Part shown: positions 12,895-25,645 of the stretch, piece after piece
Position numbering within the stretch: position 1 is the first letter of the stretch
Layout of the letters: each line of letters opens with the position of its first letter
Assembly (NCBI RefSeq): GCF_030684315.1
Contig: NC_081369.1
Coordinates: forward strand, 13,306,035 to 13,370,034
DNA length: 64,000 nt
Direction: 5' to 3'
Source: Stegostoma tigrinum
Lineage: Eukaryota
Notes under the pieces: model-generated
What the model was told of the DNA's origin: nothing
The model's database searches: none
The model's input: only the letters and a program-made list of their open reading frames with translations
Translations under genes and position numbers: made by a program

Positions 12895-13235
12895 TTCTAA
12901 ATATTATCAAGTTCCACTGCAGGATTTGAGCACATAATCTGGTTTGACACCTCCGTACAGTACTGAAGTTACATTGTCAGTGATGCTCTCCTTCGGATGA
13001 GTTATCAAATCACCTATATCCTCAAAGTATACGACCGGTGTAATAGTGCTGAGTCTACACACCATGTGTATTCATGTTTAAGCAAGAATCATCGCTTCAC
13101 CAAAAAAACAGATAGCAGACATTTTTCTCATGACTGTCCGTGGGACATAATTGTGTGCAAAATGGCTGACAATTTTCTGCACAGATAACTGCACTACAAA
13201 GTAAGGACTGTAGAATGTTTCTCAGACACAGTAAG
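12895..13235 (+). mobile_element. Ancient SacSINE1-like DeuSINE
   Basis: ttgagcacataatctgg..gacacctcc..cagtactga..cttcggatgag..gtgggac..gtgtgcaaaatggctg resembles the Deu-domain SINE consensus as recalled. Confidence 0.6.
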
Positions 13236-13669
13236 GATAAATTCAAACCGCTCCTTTCAAAAAGTGACACAAGCCTTTAAGAAATGGAGACTTCATGACT
13301 TTGAGGTTGAGTCCAGATATCAAATTATAACTGAACAGTGAGCATAAACTACTTTTCATACTATCTACTAGACAGAAAAGCCGTTCTTTTCTGTTGGAGG
13401 CTCGTTCGCTAAACCACCCCACCCCGAGGAGTAAATACTGGGAACTGGAGAAAGTGAAAAACATAAAATATCAGGCACTCCCACCACCGCCGCGCCCCCC
13501 CGGCCCCAATGCCTGTCTCGCCATTTTCTAGTCCCTTACAGTTCGAAACTATAGTGAACTGTTTGGCTAACACCAAGACAAGCAGCCAATACCAAAAGAG
13601 GTAGTTGCTAAGTTACCCCACCCGTCATTGGTGAGCTGGTGAGCTGGTGAGCCGGTGACCCCCGATTAC

Positions 13670-13760
13670 CTACCGCGAACTCCCCGCCGTCTTCCCAAAG
13701 CACTTCCGCCTAACGTCGCATTATTTCTTCGCTCCTGCGCACTTCAGTCGCTCTGAAAAC
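13670..13760 (-). other. TRADD: Putative non-coding first exon of the divergent gene, probably TRADD (TSS approximate)
   Basis: Minus-strand donor TAG|GTAATC at 13669, with an alternative GCG|GTAGGT at 13673. The identity is inferred only from human head-to-head TRADD/FBXL8 synteny. No TRADD coding exon was seen in the window. Confidence 0.5.
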
Positions 13761-14049
13761 GTGACTACCGTTCCGCTTTCTCATTGACTATTCATACGAA
13801 TAGTCGATTTGGAGTTGCCAGTCCTGTAGCAAGTTCAAAAAGTGGATTGGGGTGATCCTGCACTCTGACATTCAAACTATCTGAACAGTAAATGGCCTGA
13901 GGTCTTTCACTTCGACAAGTCAACGGATGCAATGATGGAAGGGCGGTGAGACCACAATGCAAAGCGGCCAAGAAACCACTCCGTGTTTTTCTTCAACGGG
14001 ACACCGCTTTGTATTGTGGGACAGATATTGGGCGCATGCGCAAGTGCGC

Positions 14050-14183
14050 TACCGGCCTCGGCTGTGGTGCGGCCTTGTCGGCCTGAAGGTTCCAGTTGCT
14101 GCTGGTCCTCCAGCTGGCGGCCTGCGGCGCCACTGAGTCTTTCCCAGCCCCAGTCCTCCTATCCCCCTCACCGGGAGACAGAG
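14050..14183 (+). other. FBXL8: FBXL8 non-coding exon 1 (start approximate)
   Basis: Lies downstream of the NRF1 site and ends in the strong donor GAG|GTAAGA (GT at 14184). Confidence 0.7.
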
Positions 14184-14792
14184 GTAAGAAAATGCAAGGG
14201 TATCATCAAAACAAAAAACAAACGGAGAGGAAGGAACACAGTGAGACAAGCAGACAAGGAAAAGGCGAACGGGCTTTTCACCTTTTCCAAATCCTGCCTG
14301 GAATTCTGAGAAGTCAGACAAGGCCTTGGTTTGCAGGCAGGGGAGGAGTGAAAATGAAGGAGGAAAGAGGAGGAAAAAGCACTTGCATTTTTGAAACACT
14401 TCATAGAATCACAATTGTCCCAGTGCAGAATGGAGAGGCTTCTCATTCTCGCACCGTGAGTTACCTTTGTGGTACAGTTAACAGCCTTTGTGCACAAGGA
14501 CAACAAAGTTCATAAACCATAAATTTGCACGGATCTGTTATTTTAACACAAACAACTGCAGATGCTGGTCACCTGAAATAAAATCAGCAAGTGATGAGAC
14601 AAATCAACATCTGTGGACAGAAGAACACAGTTAATATTTCAAATCCAATACAACTCACTTATCTTCAGGACAGTTCAATGTTTCAGCAGGAAAGGCAGCA
14701 CCTCAGTCAATGCAGCGTGCTGTCAATTCTGCTCTTGAGTCTCAGTCCGCATTATTTAAAGATGGAACATGATCCAGCATCCTTCTGATTTT

Positions 14793-15030
14793 GAGATAAC
14801 AAAGTGTGGAGCTGCATGAACACAGCAGGCCAAGCAGCATCTTAGGAGCACAAAAGCTGATGTTTCGGGCCTAGACCCTTCATCAGAAAAAGCAAACCTT
14901 TTTCTGATGAAGGGTCTAGGGCCCGAAACATCAGCTTTTGTCCTCCTAAAATGCTGCTTGAACTGCTGTGTTCATCCAGCTCCACACTTTGTTATCTTGG
15001 ATTCTCCAGCATCTGCAGTTCCCATTATCT
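14793..15030. repeat. Penelope-tail inverted-repeat insertion
   Basis: Two inverted tail arms with CTGATGA..GAAAC cores, flanked by ctgattt(t)tgag. Confidence 0.85.
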
Positions 15031-15785
15031 CCTGATTTTTGAGGCTGGATACTTTGTGCCAAGCTGACACTAAATGAAAAAAAGATACGTGGAGAAGAGG
15101 AAGTGAGAGCTTTCTTCGAGAATTAGCAATGTCAGCATTTGTGAATTTCATTTGAATGTAATGATAAACAGTAATTTTTACTGAATCAAAGACTATTTAT
15201 TCAGATACTGGATTAATTTTTTAGGTCAACATTGCAGGAATAAGTTGTGAGTAACTTGGGCCTGAAATAGTTTTTTTAAAATTTCACAGTTTTAAACTTG
15301 GTTTCATTATCATTAATGCAGCCACCACAACCAAATCAAACTTAAAAATTCAGGATACATATCTGGCCATTGACATATTAGTTAGTTTATTTAATAAGTT
15401 ATATGGCAACAATATGAAAATCACTGATTGGAATAACTGTGCAACAATGGAAAGATGCCACATCTTATGTAATCATGGATATGCATGGCACTGTTAAAAA
15501 ATCCAATTCAGCACTGAAGGAACTCATACTAACGGCAGTGATTTAGTCACTTGCAAAGATGAGAAGCCTTGCTCACAAAACAGCTCAGTTCCAAACAGTG
15601 AGACAACTTGTGCTACAAACCAGGCTGAGAGATGGTGAAAGATTTTATTCCAAGGAAAGTGACTTTTGGTATGCTTGTCTACAGACAGCCGAGCTAAGCA
15701 ATTTTACCAACTTCAGAAAAAAAGTTTAAGAAAACAATGGAGTGGTATTAATCTGGTAACTACAAATCAGTCAGCCTAATGTTAG

Positions 15786-15935
15786 TGATAGTAGGAACTG
15801 CTGATGCTGGAGTCTGAGATAAGAAAGTTGTGGAGCTGGATGAACATAGCAGGCCAGGCAGCACCAGAGAAGCAGGAAAGCTGACGTTTTGTTTCTGGAT
15901 TCTTCTTCAGAAATGAAATGTTACCACGTGTTAGT
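15786..15935 (-). mobile_element. Single Penelope 3' tail with TSD
   Basis: Tail sequence flanked by gcctaatgttagtg (15774-15787, 15936-15949). Confidence 0.75.
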
Positions 15936-16584
15936 GCCTAATGTTAGTGGTGGGTAAACTAAGGTAAAATAAACTCTCACGTGGAGTATAGGGATTGGTA
16001 ACAGTACAGTTTCTTTAAAGGCAAACTATGCCTGATTAATCTGATCAAGTTGTTTCATTAAATAGCAAAGAGGATTGGAGGCAATGTTGTAGGTTTATGT
16101 AAAGGCTGTCAAAAACACATCAGACTCATTCAGAAAACAGAAACATACAAAATGAAAGGAACTTGTGTGTTTTTTTATTCATTCATGGGATGTTGGTATT
16201 GTACAATTTTGGGGAAACCAATTTCAGACGATGTCTTGATTGTGGAGGCAGTACAAATGAGGTTTCCCTGGGTGACATCAGCGATTAAAACTTCAGTCAT
16301 ATAGAGGTTGCAAAAGCTGGAATTGGTCTTCTAGCAGGAAAGGTTAAGGGGAGATCGACAAGAGTTATTCAAAATTGTGAATTTTAATAGACAAAACGGG
16401 AAGAATCTATTTTCTTTAGCAGAGTGCGCATTCACAGTTGGAAAGTTTCAGTGCTAGTCGAGGTTGGTTTGAGTGCTTCAAGAGACGTTACTGTTTGCAT
16501 AACATTAAAGTGAGCAAGTCAGATGTTATAGACTAAAAATAATTGATAAAAATAGGGGAAATTAGGATAGTATTTTTGGATTAT

Positions 16585-17220
16585 AGGCTCATAGAGATGT
16601 ACAGCACAGAAACAAACCCTTCAGTCCAACTCATTCATGCCGACTGGATATCCTGAATTAATCTAGTCCCAATTGCCAGCATTTTTCCCATCTCCCTCTA
16701 AGCCCTTCTTATTCATGTACTCATCCTGACGCTGTTTAAATGTTGTACCAGCCTCCATCACTTCCTTTGGCAGGTCATTCCGTGCACACACGCCCGTCTG
16801 TGTGGAAAAGTTGCCCCTTAGGGCCCTGTTAAATCTTTCCCCTCTCACCTTAAACCTGCGCCCTCTGGTTTTAGACTCCTCCATCCTGGGGAAAAGACCT
16901 TGTATCTTATCCATGCCTCTCATGGTATTATAAACCTCTTTAAGGTCACCCCTCAGCCTCCGATGCTTCAGGGGAAAAGCCCCAGCCTATTCAGCCTCTC
17001 TCTATCGCTCAAACTCTGCAACCCTGACAAAATCCTTTATAGCCTTTTCTGAACTCTTTCAAGTTTCGCAACATCCTTCCTATAACCGGGAAAGCAGACT
17101 TGCACACAGTATTTCAGAAATGGCCTACCAGTGTCTTGTACAGCCACAAAATGACCTACCAACTCCAGTACTCAATGCACTGACTAATAAAAACAAGCAT
17201 ATAAAATGTCTTCTTCACAA
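16585..17220 (-). mobile_element. CR1 LINE 3' fragment
   Basis: ORF 16663-16923 reads GLFPRMEESKTRGRRFKVRGERF. Confidence 0.85.
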
Positions 17221-17221
17221 T

Positions 17222-17360
17222 ATAAAAACCGAAAGAACTGTGGAGGCTGTAAATCAAGAACAAAAACAGAAGTTGCTGGAAAAGCTCAGCAGGTCTGGCA
17301 GCATATGTGAAGAGAAATCAGAGTTAACATTTTGTGTCCGGTGACCCTTCCTCAGAACTC
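17222..17360 (-). mobile_element. Penelope 3' tail, second family (also 31345-31450 -, 32765-32865 -, 42897-43030 +, 56053-56150 +)
   Basis: The copies share ctgaggaagggtcaccggacc(c)gaaacgttaactctga...cagatgctgccagacctgctgagcttttccagcaac. Confidence 0.7.
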
Positions 17361-18736
17361 TAACTGCACTGCTGGACCAAACTGCACAGTTGCAGCTTGT
17401 TTCCATCTGAGTTGCTTGTAGGTTTTGTATGAAGTTATCGACTGTTATTTCACTCGGTGAAAACTGTTTCCTTTGTATCCATCTTGAAATCATTAATTCC
17501 TTCAATGAAGCAAGGAGATTAGTGACCTATTCCAGAAAGTCAAATGATGAAGGATACTACTGGAACCAGTCTTTGTTTCTAAGGTTTATTTACAAAGTTA
17601 CTCATTACAAATGTCCACCTCCTAGCTCCTACAGTTTTAGTCTCCTACTAATAAAAAAATTCATACCTCCAGGGTAGATAAGACTTGAATGTAGAGCTTC
17701 TGGCTCAGAGCATTTTCTAGACAAGGATTTCAATCTATTAGTGTTGTTCTTGAAATCCCAAGGTGCACAAAAATCCTCATACAATAAGCTGTGTCCTGAT
17801 ATAAAATGGAAGAATCTGAATTGCAATGGCCCTTACATGATTTCATCATGGAACCTTCTGATGTGGAGTTAGGTGTGTTGCCATTGAGCCTGCTCTTGCA
17901 CTTAATTGAAGCACAACTGGATGGCACTGATTAGCATCTGGTCTAGTCCACAAACAGTTCAGCAGACCAATTAATCTTTGTGATTTCTCTGACCTTTTTT
18001 GTTAGATATAGCATCATCTTTCAGTGATATCGTAACATGACCAACCGGGATTGGAGTACACACTCTACAAATAGGATTGTTGATTTAAAGTTTCAGCATG
18101 TCCCCACTTTAAATCGTTCCACTCAGTGATAATCTACTTTAACATTGTGCGGCTAATGGTGCTGCGTTCTGAGCATTGCTACTTCCACAGTAATGTTAAT
18201 CTGCCTTGCGTTGTGACGCGTGAGCTGATTGGTGCCATCTTGGAGCCATCATGAGTAGAGATGTTTGAGGTATCAGTTGCTTTTCCTGATAACTGCAGCA
18301 CAGGACACTACTGAATGTCGAAATGCTATATCAATTGTGTGTCATTTTCAGGAATGAACCTGAAATTTGTAGACTGCTCCCTTCTATGAAGGTGCAGTTC
18401 CTGACTCTGAAATCCTCTTTTTATTTTAGACCCTCAGGTATTGATGGTGTGGAGCTTTGTTTTAGACGAGGCAGAGAGGCCACTTAAAGTCGGTGAGAGG
18501 CAATTGCTGCAGGTAAACTGGTTTCTTTGGCTCAAGGGCTTGTTGGGGTGAAAGATACAGGGTGCAGTATTTATTCTTCAGGAACGTAAATTTTCAATCC
18601 TGTGATTAATTCTGGAGCCGCCCCCAGAATGTGGCCATGTTCAACCTAGCATCAGCTGGAGGCAGCGAAGCCATTTGAAAGTTGTTTAAGATTCTTTCAA
18701 GCTTGTGATTTAGCATATGTGGAATCACTCTTAAAC

Positions 18737-19900
18737 ATGAATTGAAAGCGTCCAGTAAGTGACGGTAATCAGTTTGGTGCTACTAAAAAAACAAGGAAAA
18801 CGATCACTTTGGAAAAGAAATTAGAGGTCCTGAAACGGTTTGAGGCGGGAGAACGAGCAGTCACAATCAGCAGAGCGCTTGGCCTACCCCCTACATCAGT
18901 GAGAACAATCCGTGGTAACGCTGACAAAGTCAAACAGAGTGCACAAAGTGTTACGCCTGTGAGTGCCAACAGGATAAGCCGGATCCGGAGCAGCATTATG
19001 GAGAACATGGAAAGACTCTTGGAAGTCTGGATAAAAGAACAAAACCAGTGCAAGGTGCCTGTCAGTTTGATGGTCATCCAGGCAAAAGCCAGAAGCCTGT
19101 ATAACAACTTGCGGAATGAGCAGAGTGCGCATTCACAGTTGGAAAGTTTCAGTGCTAGTTGAGGTTGGTTTGAGCGCTTCAAGAGACGTTACATAGAACA
19201 TAGAACATAGAACAGTACAGCACAGAACAGGCCCTTCAGCCCACAATGTTGTGCCGACCAACTGTTTGCATAACATTAAAGTGAGCGGTGAAGCATCTAA
19301 TGCTGACCCTGAAGGGGCTGATGTATTCCCTGCCCACTTGAAGGGAATGATTGGAGAAAATAGTCACTCATCAAGCCAAGCCTTCGCCACTGATGAAGCA
19401 GGGCTTTACCGGAAACGTATGTCACAGAGAACTTACATCTCCAAAGAGGAGAACAATGAGTACGCCAGCAACCGCAGAGAATCTCATGATGCTGGCCCTG
19501 AAATTCATCATGAAGTCATGACCTCAACAGGGGAAATAGGCTTTGATAAAGTCAAGGACACTGACAGTGTGGAATTACAGGTGCCCTGTGGTGATGAATT
19601 GACCAATGAAGAATTAATGCAACCGGAGAGTCAACGAGCTGAAGACGAAGATCGCACTGAAACCGTACCCCCTCGAGTACTGTCAACAAAACGATTGTCA
19701 AAGGCTTTCCAGCTCATTGAAGAGGCATTGAAATCTTCACTGAGGGTGACACAAACAGAGAACGTAGTGCCAAAGTGAACAGGGCGGTCAACGAACATGT
19801 TAACTGTTACAGGCAGATCTACCGGCAGAAGAAAATGAAAACCATCCAAGATAAATTGGATAAATTTCTCAAGGTTGTTAACAATCCTGGCCCTCCATCT
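18737..19900 (+). pseudogene. Tigger (TIGD1-like) transposase pseudogene
   Basis: MN*KRP..KKTRKTITLEKKLEVLKRFEAGER (psq HTH), MERLLEVWI..IQAKA..FSAS*GWFERFKRR (CENP-B HTH), then HNIKVSGEAS..DEAGLYRKRM..TYISKEE. Most of the DDE core is deleted. A CR1 tail is inserted at 19191-19260. Confidence 0.88.
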
Positions 19901-20049
19901 CGCTAATTCCACCAAGAGTATCCGTTCAACCAACTCTTCCTTCAACCCAGAACTAAAATCACTGTATCTTCATTTATTGAGCTTCTGTCTGCAGAAGGTG
20001 TTTCTATGTGGGCTGAATGAGAGAAGGTGGACCTTTCACAACACGTTTG

Positions 20050-20500
20050 AACACAAGGATTAGAAACAGGGATAGGCCAGGTAACCACTTGAGCCTGCAC
20101 CATCGTACGATGCTGATCTGATTACAGCTTCAGCTTAATTTTCCTGTCTGCTCCACATGACTCTTGACTTTCCTGTTGATAAAGTTGAATATAACAATTT
20201 TGAATACCGTCAATGTTACCCCCCCCCCCCGCCCCAACTGCCACAAGCTGTGCTCTGGGGAAGAGAATTACCCCCAGAGATAAAGTTTTCTCCACCTCTC
20301 CAAAGCAGGACTGCTATTTTTTAAGAACATTTAGTTCTAGACTCCCTGACAAGGGGGAGATACTCTCTCAGCATCTACTCTGTCAAGTCCTTTTGGAATC
20401 TTGCATATTTCAGTCAGTCCACCTCTCACATTTCTAAATGCCAATGGATATAGTTTCAATTTGGTCAGTTTCTCACCTTAAGATAACCCCTTCAGCCCAG
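20050..20500 (-). mobile_element. Old CR1 3' fragment inside the Tigger element
   Basis: Degenerate match to CR1 3' ends elsewhere (ttctagactccc..aagggg, ctctgtcaagtcc). Confidence 0.6.
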
Positions 20501-20539
20501 GAAACAAAGCTGCTCTTGTAATGAGCTCCCACAGCACAG

Positions 20540-21240
20540 TGTCCCCCCCCATCAGTAAATATCAATGACACCATTATGAATAATGCTGTGTCTCTGTGGA
20601 CTTCCACTTGATGAAGGCAGGTGTTGGTAACAAAATTCGACATTGCCTTCTACGTACCAACTCGGCCTTTTGCTGACTGCAGGTAAAAGAGGCTAAAGAG
20701 CAGAATCTCAAGCCGTAGCCTTTGGTCATGGTTCACCACTCCTTCCCGTGTTTATGAGATGTAGCCAACTTGCAAGTAGGTACTGTATGATCCTGCCAGC
20801 AGTCCTTCCGTAAGATCCTCCAGACCCAATGGCGAGCAAGCCAGTTCAACAGCATCATCCTCTCTCAAGGCAACATGCCCATGATAAAGCAGTCATCAAT
20901 CAAAACCACCTCCACTGAAACACTTGCAGAAGTCCTCAAAGCCTCCCTGAAGGGGTTAAAGGTCACCGCCGAGTCATGGGTGACCCTGAATTCTAACAAA
21001 TTAAAGTGGAGAACGTCAATGCAGGAAGGCACCCGAGTATATCGAAGGACTTAATCAGGAATGTGCAGAAGCAGAGTCAAGGGGTCAGAGACAACATCTC
21101 AAGTCATAGCCTCTCCGCAACGTCTTGCTTCACGTGGCAGAGCTTGTAGACTGTACACAGAATGTGTCAGCCATCATGAAACCCATTGCACCAGCATGGA
21201 AATAAGTCACCCTCAATCTCAAGGGATGGCTAAGAAGAAC
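20540..21240 (+). mobile_element. RTE-clade LINE 3' fragment
   Basis: cgtaagatcctccag..agcatcatcctctctcaaggcaacatgccc..ctcaaagcctccctgaag resembles the RTE ORF C-terminus. Confidence 0.55.
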
Positions 21241-21689
21241 AGAGAGAGACTGGTGAGTGTTATCTAATTTGAATTTGTACAATATTTCTTTTATATTTGT
21301 TGATTTATTTTACAAGGTATTTCATTTAGGAAACTACAGGAGTGAAAATGTATTATACAGTTTTATGAACTTGCGACTGTCTTTTTCAGATAGGAAATGT
21401 GCATATGAATCTAGCTGCAATTTACACAATGATTCCAATGGAAACTTCTGACTCAGTTAAAGTTGTTTCACTCAAAGTCACAATTGTATAGAATGTAACT
21501 AGGATTTTAAGTGAGGAATTGCTGTATTCCAGATGTATTTGGTCTAATTCTAAACCTGTGCTTTTGCAAGTCCTACAGCTTGACATCCACTTTTAAATTC
21601 TAATTAAATCAGTCCAAAAGATAAAGCTAATGATTTCAACCTAAAGTGCCAAGTGGATGATCCGTTTTGGCTTACTGCAGAAGTCCCCG

Positions 21690-23195
21690 GCCTCTCAGAT
21701 GCCATTCTTTAGCCAATTTGATTCACTTCATGTATATCAGCAAACAGCTGAAAGCTCTGGATAGTGCAAAGTATGTGGGCCCTAACAACAGTAGTACTGA
21801 AAACTTGTGCTCTAGAAGTTGCCATGCCTCTAGCCAAGTTGTTCCAAGACAGTGACACTGACATCTACCTGACCAATGTGAAAAAAATGCCCAGGTATGT
21901 CCTGTGGACAGAATGTTGGACAAATCCAGCCTGGCCAATTACCGGCCCATCAGTCTATTCCTGATCATCAATTAAGTGATGGAAGGTGTCATCAACAGTG
22001 CTATCAAGCAGCACTTGCTCAGCAATAATCTCCTCAGCTCCTCCTTTCATTGCAGCCTTGATTCAAACATTGACAAAAGAGCTGAATTCCAGAGATGAGG
22101 TGAAAGTTGACATCAAGGCTGTGCATGACCAAATGTGGCATTAAGAAGCCGTAACGCAACTGGAGTCAATGGGAATCGTGGAAACTCTCCATTGGTTGGT
22201 GTCATACCTAAAGCAAAGGAAGATCATTGTGGTTGTTGGAGGTCAGTCATCTCAGCTCCAAGATATCTCTGCAGCAGTTCCTCAGGGTACTGTGCAAGGC
22301 CCAACCAAGTGCTTCATCGATGACCTTCTGTACATCGTAAGGTCCGAAGTGGTGTTGTTTACTGATGATTGCTGATGATTCATGGCTCCTCAGATACTGA
22401 AGCAAAGATGCCCAAAAAATGTGAGATAAAATGCAGGTTTGAGCTCACAAACAACATGTAACAATTTGCATCCACGCAACTGCCAGGCAATGACCATTTC
22501 CCATAAGAGAAAATCTAACTGTTACCCTTTGACATTCAATGCCATTACCATCACTGAATCTCCCACTGTTGACATCCCCAAGATTACCATTGACTAAACC
22601 ATTAAACTGAGTTGGACCAGACATAAACACAGTGGCTACAAGAGCAGGCCAGAGGCCTGATTCCCCAAAGCCTGTCCATTATCTACAAGGCACAGGTCAG
22701 GAGTGTGATGGAATACTCCCCACTTCCCTGGATGAGTGCAGCCCCAACAGCACTCAAGAAGCTTGACACCATCAAGGCCAAAGCAACCCGCTTGATTGGC
22801 ACCACATTTACAAACATCCACTCCCTCCTCCACCGACACTCAGTAGCAGTAGTGTATGCTATTTACCATTTACCATGGCTCCTTTGACACCACCTTCTAA
22901 ACCCATGACCACAGCCATCTGGTAGGATATGACAGGCAGATACACGGGAGCTGCACCTCCTGCAAGTTCTTCTGCAGGTCACACACCATCCTGGCTTGAA
23001 AACATATCACCGTTCCTTCAGTGGTGCAGGGTCAAAACCCTAGAATGCCCTGCCTAAGGGCATTGTGGGTCTACCTACATTAAATGGACTGCAGTTGTTC
23101 AAGGCTGCAGCTCATCATCACCTACTCAAGGCCAACTAGGGATGGGCAATAAATGTTGGCACAGCCAGCATTGCCCACATCTTGTGAATGAGTTA
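21690..23195 (+). mobile_element. CR1/L2-group LINE (second family), RT and 3' end
   Basis: NYRPISL, LHWLVSYLKQRK..VVGGQ, VPQG, LFTDDC, MEYSPLPWMSAAPT. The 3' end is gggatgggcaataaatg..gcccacatc..gaatga. Confidence 0.85.
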
Positions 23196-23838
23196 AAAAC
23201 GGAAGAATCTTACATCATTTTTCAAATTCTGCAATACCATTTTATAAGCAATCAACATGTACCTTGCAGATGAGAACTAGAAAAGGTGGAAACATTCCAC
23301 AGCTGTCCGAACTTCTGACTTTCTGCAGGGTTTATTTTTCCTTCAGATTTGTAGCAACAACAGTATTTTGCTGTTGCATGATGAAGATGACTGAAATGGC
23401 TTGTCTTCTATTTTTGCATGTTGCCAACGTAAAATCTGTATTTAGCAGAACACAATCTAGCTTCAGTGAAACAGATGTGACCCAAGCTGCCACACCCTGG
23501 AAGCACAATTCAGACCATTGAAACATTTTTCTCATTTCCATGGTTTCCTTCCTGTACCTGTTGCTTCTTTGAAGTGTTTCAGCAGCTCCTCCCTCTGAAA
23601 AGTATCATCCTGTAGAATTGGAACTCCCATGTTGACTAATCTACACTACCATGACAAAGGAATCCATAACAATCAAAAGATTTACATTTTCTTTTCCCAC
23701 TGTGGGTGAGTCGACTCTAACATCCATATCATTGAGCCACTCATCAAAACTCCTACTGAACTTGCCTTGAAAGTATCAATTGCAAGCCTTTTTTCAGTGC
23801 AAGTCTCTTAGATGACAAAGCTTATCCTTTCTGTGGTA

Positions 23839-24039
23839 CAGGTAGTTCTCCTTTAATGTGATAGTTTTGTTCTTGTGTGACCCCGTGCTATAGAAACTCA
23901 CATTATAGGGAAATCGTTATAGAAAAGCATTAAACCTGTGCAGCAGAAAGTTTGCATTACCCAGACAGCATCCAATATTTGTCAGTCATGTTACAGCCAA
24001 TTCATGTAAATGAAGCACACATTATGGCAGAACTACCTG
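23839..24039. mobile_element. Tigger-type MITE (201 bp)
   Basis: TA-CAGGTAGTTCT...AGAACTACCTG-TA terminal inverted repeats with TA duplication. Confidence 0.85.
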
Positions 24040-25329
24040 TACCTCATTAAACTTCAAATTATCTTCTGTTAAAGCACGTCATTACTTTTAGTTATGCTGC
24101 TTAATGCCATTTTGTTTTCACATTTCTTTATTTCTAAGGGCTCTTCTCCCAAATTGTAATGGCACTGTTTCCACCTGGAGTTATTTCCCTTCTGTGTTTG
24201 CTCTCCTGCTGCCCCAGCTTTGCGTCCCTGTTTCTGTTTTAACTTGGGCTGCTCCCTTCATCATTTGTTCCCTTTTCTCAGCTGCCCCTGTGAATTCATA
24301 CTGAGGAGCACTGTCTTCTGGCGGATATTCATCAGTTCAGGAACTTTGCACTTCCCTACCCTGACTGACATCTATCTTTAGAGCTTGGTCAATCTAAACA
24401 ATATTGTGTCAGTTGCCTGCTTTTGAATTCTCTCTTTGAAGAATAGTAATTTCATTGCCTGCTGTTTGTTCCACAAGGGTCTTCCACAGTTTGTCACAAT
24501 CTCTGGTCAGGTCATCTCTGCAACCATTTTTGTCCCTCAAGACCATTTCAGTCCATGATGGTCTGACGTGTAGCAATCAGATGATGCAAGTTAAAATTCA
24601 GTTGTCGATATTTACCGCTGCTGAAGGCTCTTCTCTAGCAGATAAAGTGTTTCTCTCGCAAAAGTCACTTCAAGACCCACTGTTAGTGCTTGCTTACCCA
24701 TTTCTGCCCCAAACTACCAGCCCATGACCCCAGTTCCTAGTCGTCACCCTGAGCTTTCAATTAATGTTTAAAATTACCAGTTGGTTTTCCTGAACATTCC
24801 ACATTATCATGTCTCTCCAGTCATTTGTACTGTCTGGTCCATATGGTAGCCAGGTAGCTGCCTGGTAATATGCCTTTGAGCGTGCAAGCTGTGTCACAGG
24901 CATCAAGTTCTTTCACATTGCTACAATCTACATCATCTTCGTTAGAACCCTGAGTTCAAAATAAAAGAGCACTTGCTGTACAAGTTATTTTGTTTGATTC
25001 TAGTGAGTGGCTCAAATTAAAAGATTTTGGAGTTCATTCTGATTTGTTGCAAGGAATGAATCTTAGCAGTTTGATTGCCATGTTTGAATAATGTCTTACT
25101 ATCACATATTGTTAGCTTGTCAGGGCTTCTACTCTTCGTGGTTCCCTATGGGAGAATCCAGTTTCTGAGAGGAGCCTCGAAATGTTTTCTGAAGCAGGAT
25201 GAGCCTGTCAGCAGCCAAGACAGGCATGGGTCTGGATGGGCACAGACCACAAACTGTTTTCATTGACCTGATAGAAGCTTGTGAGTCTTGAACACTGCTC
25301 TTGACTTTGTCCTCCAACACCCTGTGGAT

Positions 25330-25645
25330 GAGTCCCTCACTGAACCTCCCCGTACAATATTCACCGAGCCTTTGCTTAAGCCAAAAATAACAGCTTGCAG
25401 ATTGGGCAGTATCTCAGCTGAGGTATACATGTTTGACAGAGACTAAGTTGTGCAAAACTTATGCTTACTTTTCCAGCAAACCTGGAATGAAGCAAGATTC
25501 CCAGGAGATCTCAGCAATGCCAAAGATTGTCTCAGTCTTTTGGATTGCCCACTTCCAGCTGCAGAAACATTTTTGTCACAATCCCAATGTGGATTCAGAA
25601 CATTATAAGGCATGACAGATCTGATCTTTACCATTCTGCAGGACG
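25330..25645 (+). mobile_element. RTE-clade LINE RT fragment, 5' part (continues at 29510)
   Basis: AETFLSQSQCGFR...DLIF motif, characteristic of RTE RT. Confidence 0.65.

Larger units (their letters stand above)
13480..14183. promoter_or_regulatory. CpG-rich bidirectional promoter
   Basis: CpG is locally enriched in otherwise CpG-poor DNA. There is an ETS/GABP motif CACTTCCG (13701-13708) and an NRF1 motif GCGCATGCGCA (14032-14042). Outward-facing splice donors lie on both strands. Confidence 0.8.
18094..21524 (+). mobile_element. Tigger/pogo DNA transposon with degenerate TIRs, interrupted by later insertions
   Basis: The 5' end cagcatgtccccactttaaatc matches the reverse complement of the 3' end (cagcaattcctcacttaaaatc) at 18 of 22 positions. 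TA follows at 21525. The element contains the transposase pseudogene. Confidence 0.7.

Noticed and set aside
13983-14515. Several overlapping 108-139 aa ORFs at the promoter
   Set aside because: GC-rich exon 1/intron sequence with no recognisable domain, and the ORFs cross the splice donor.
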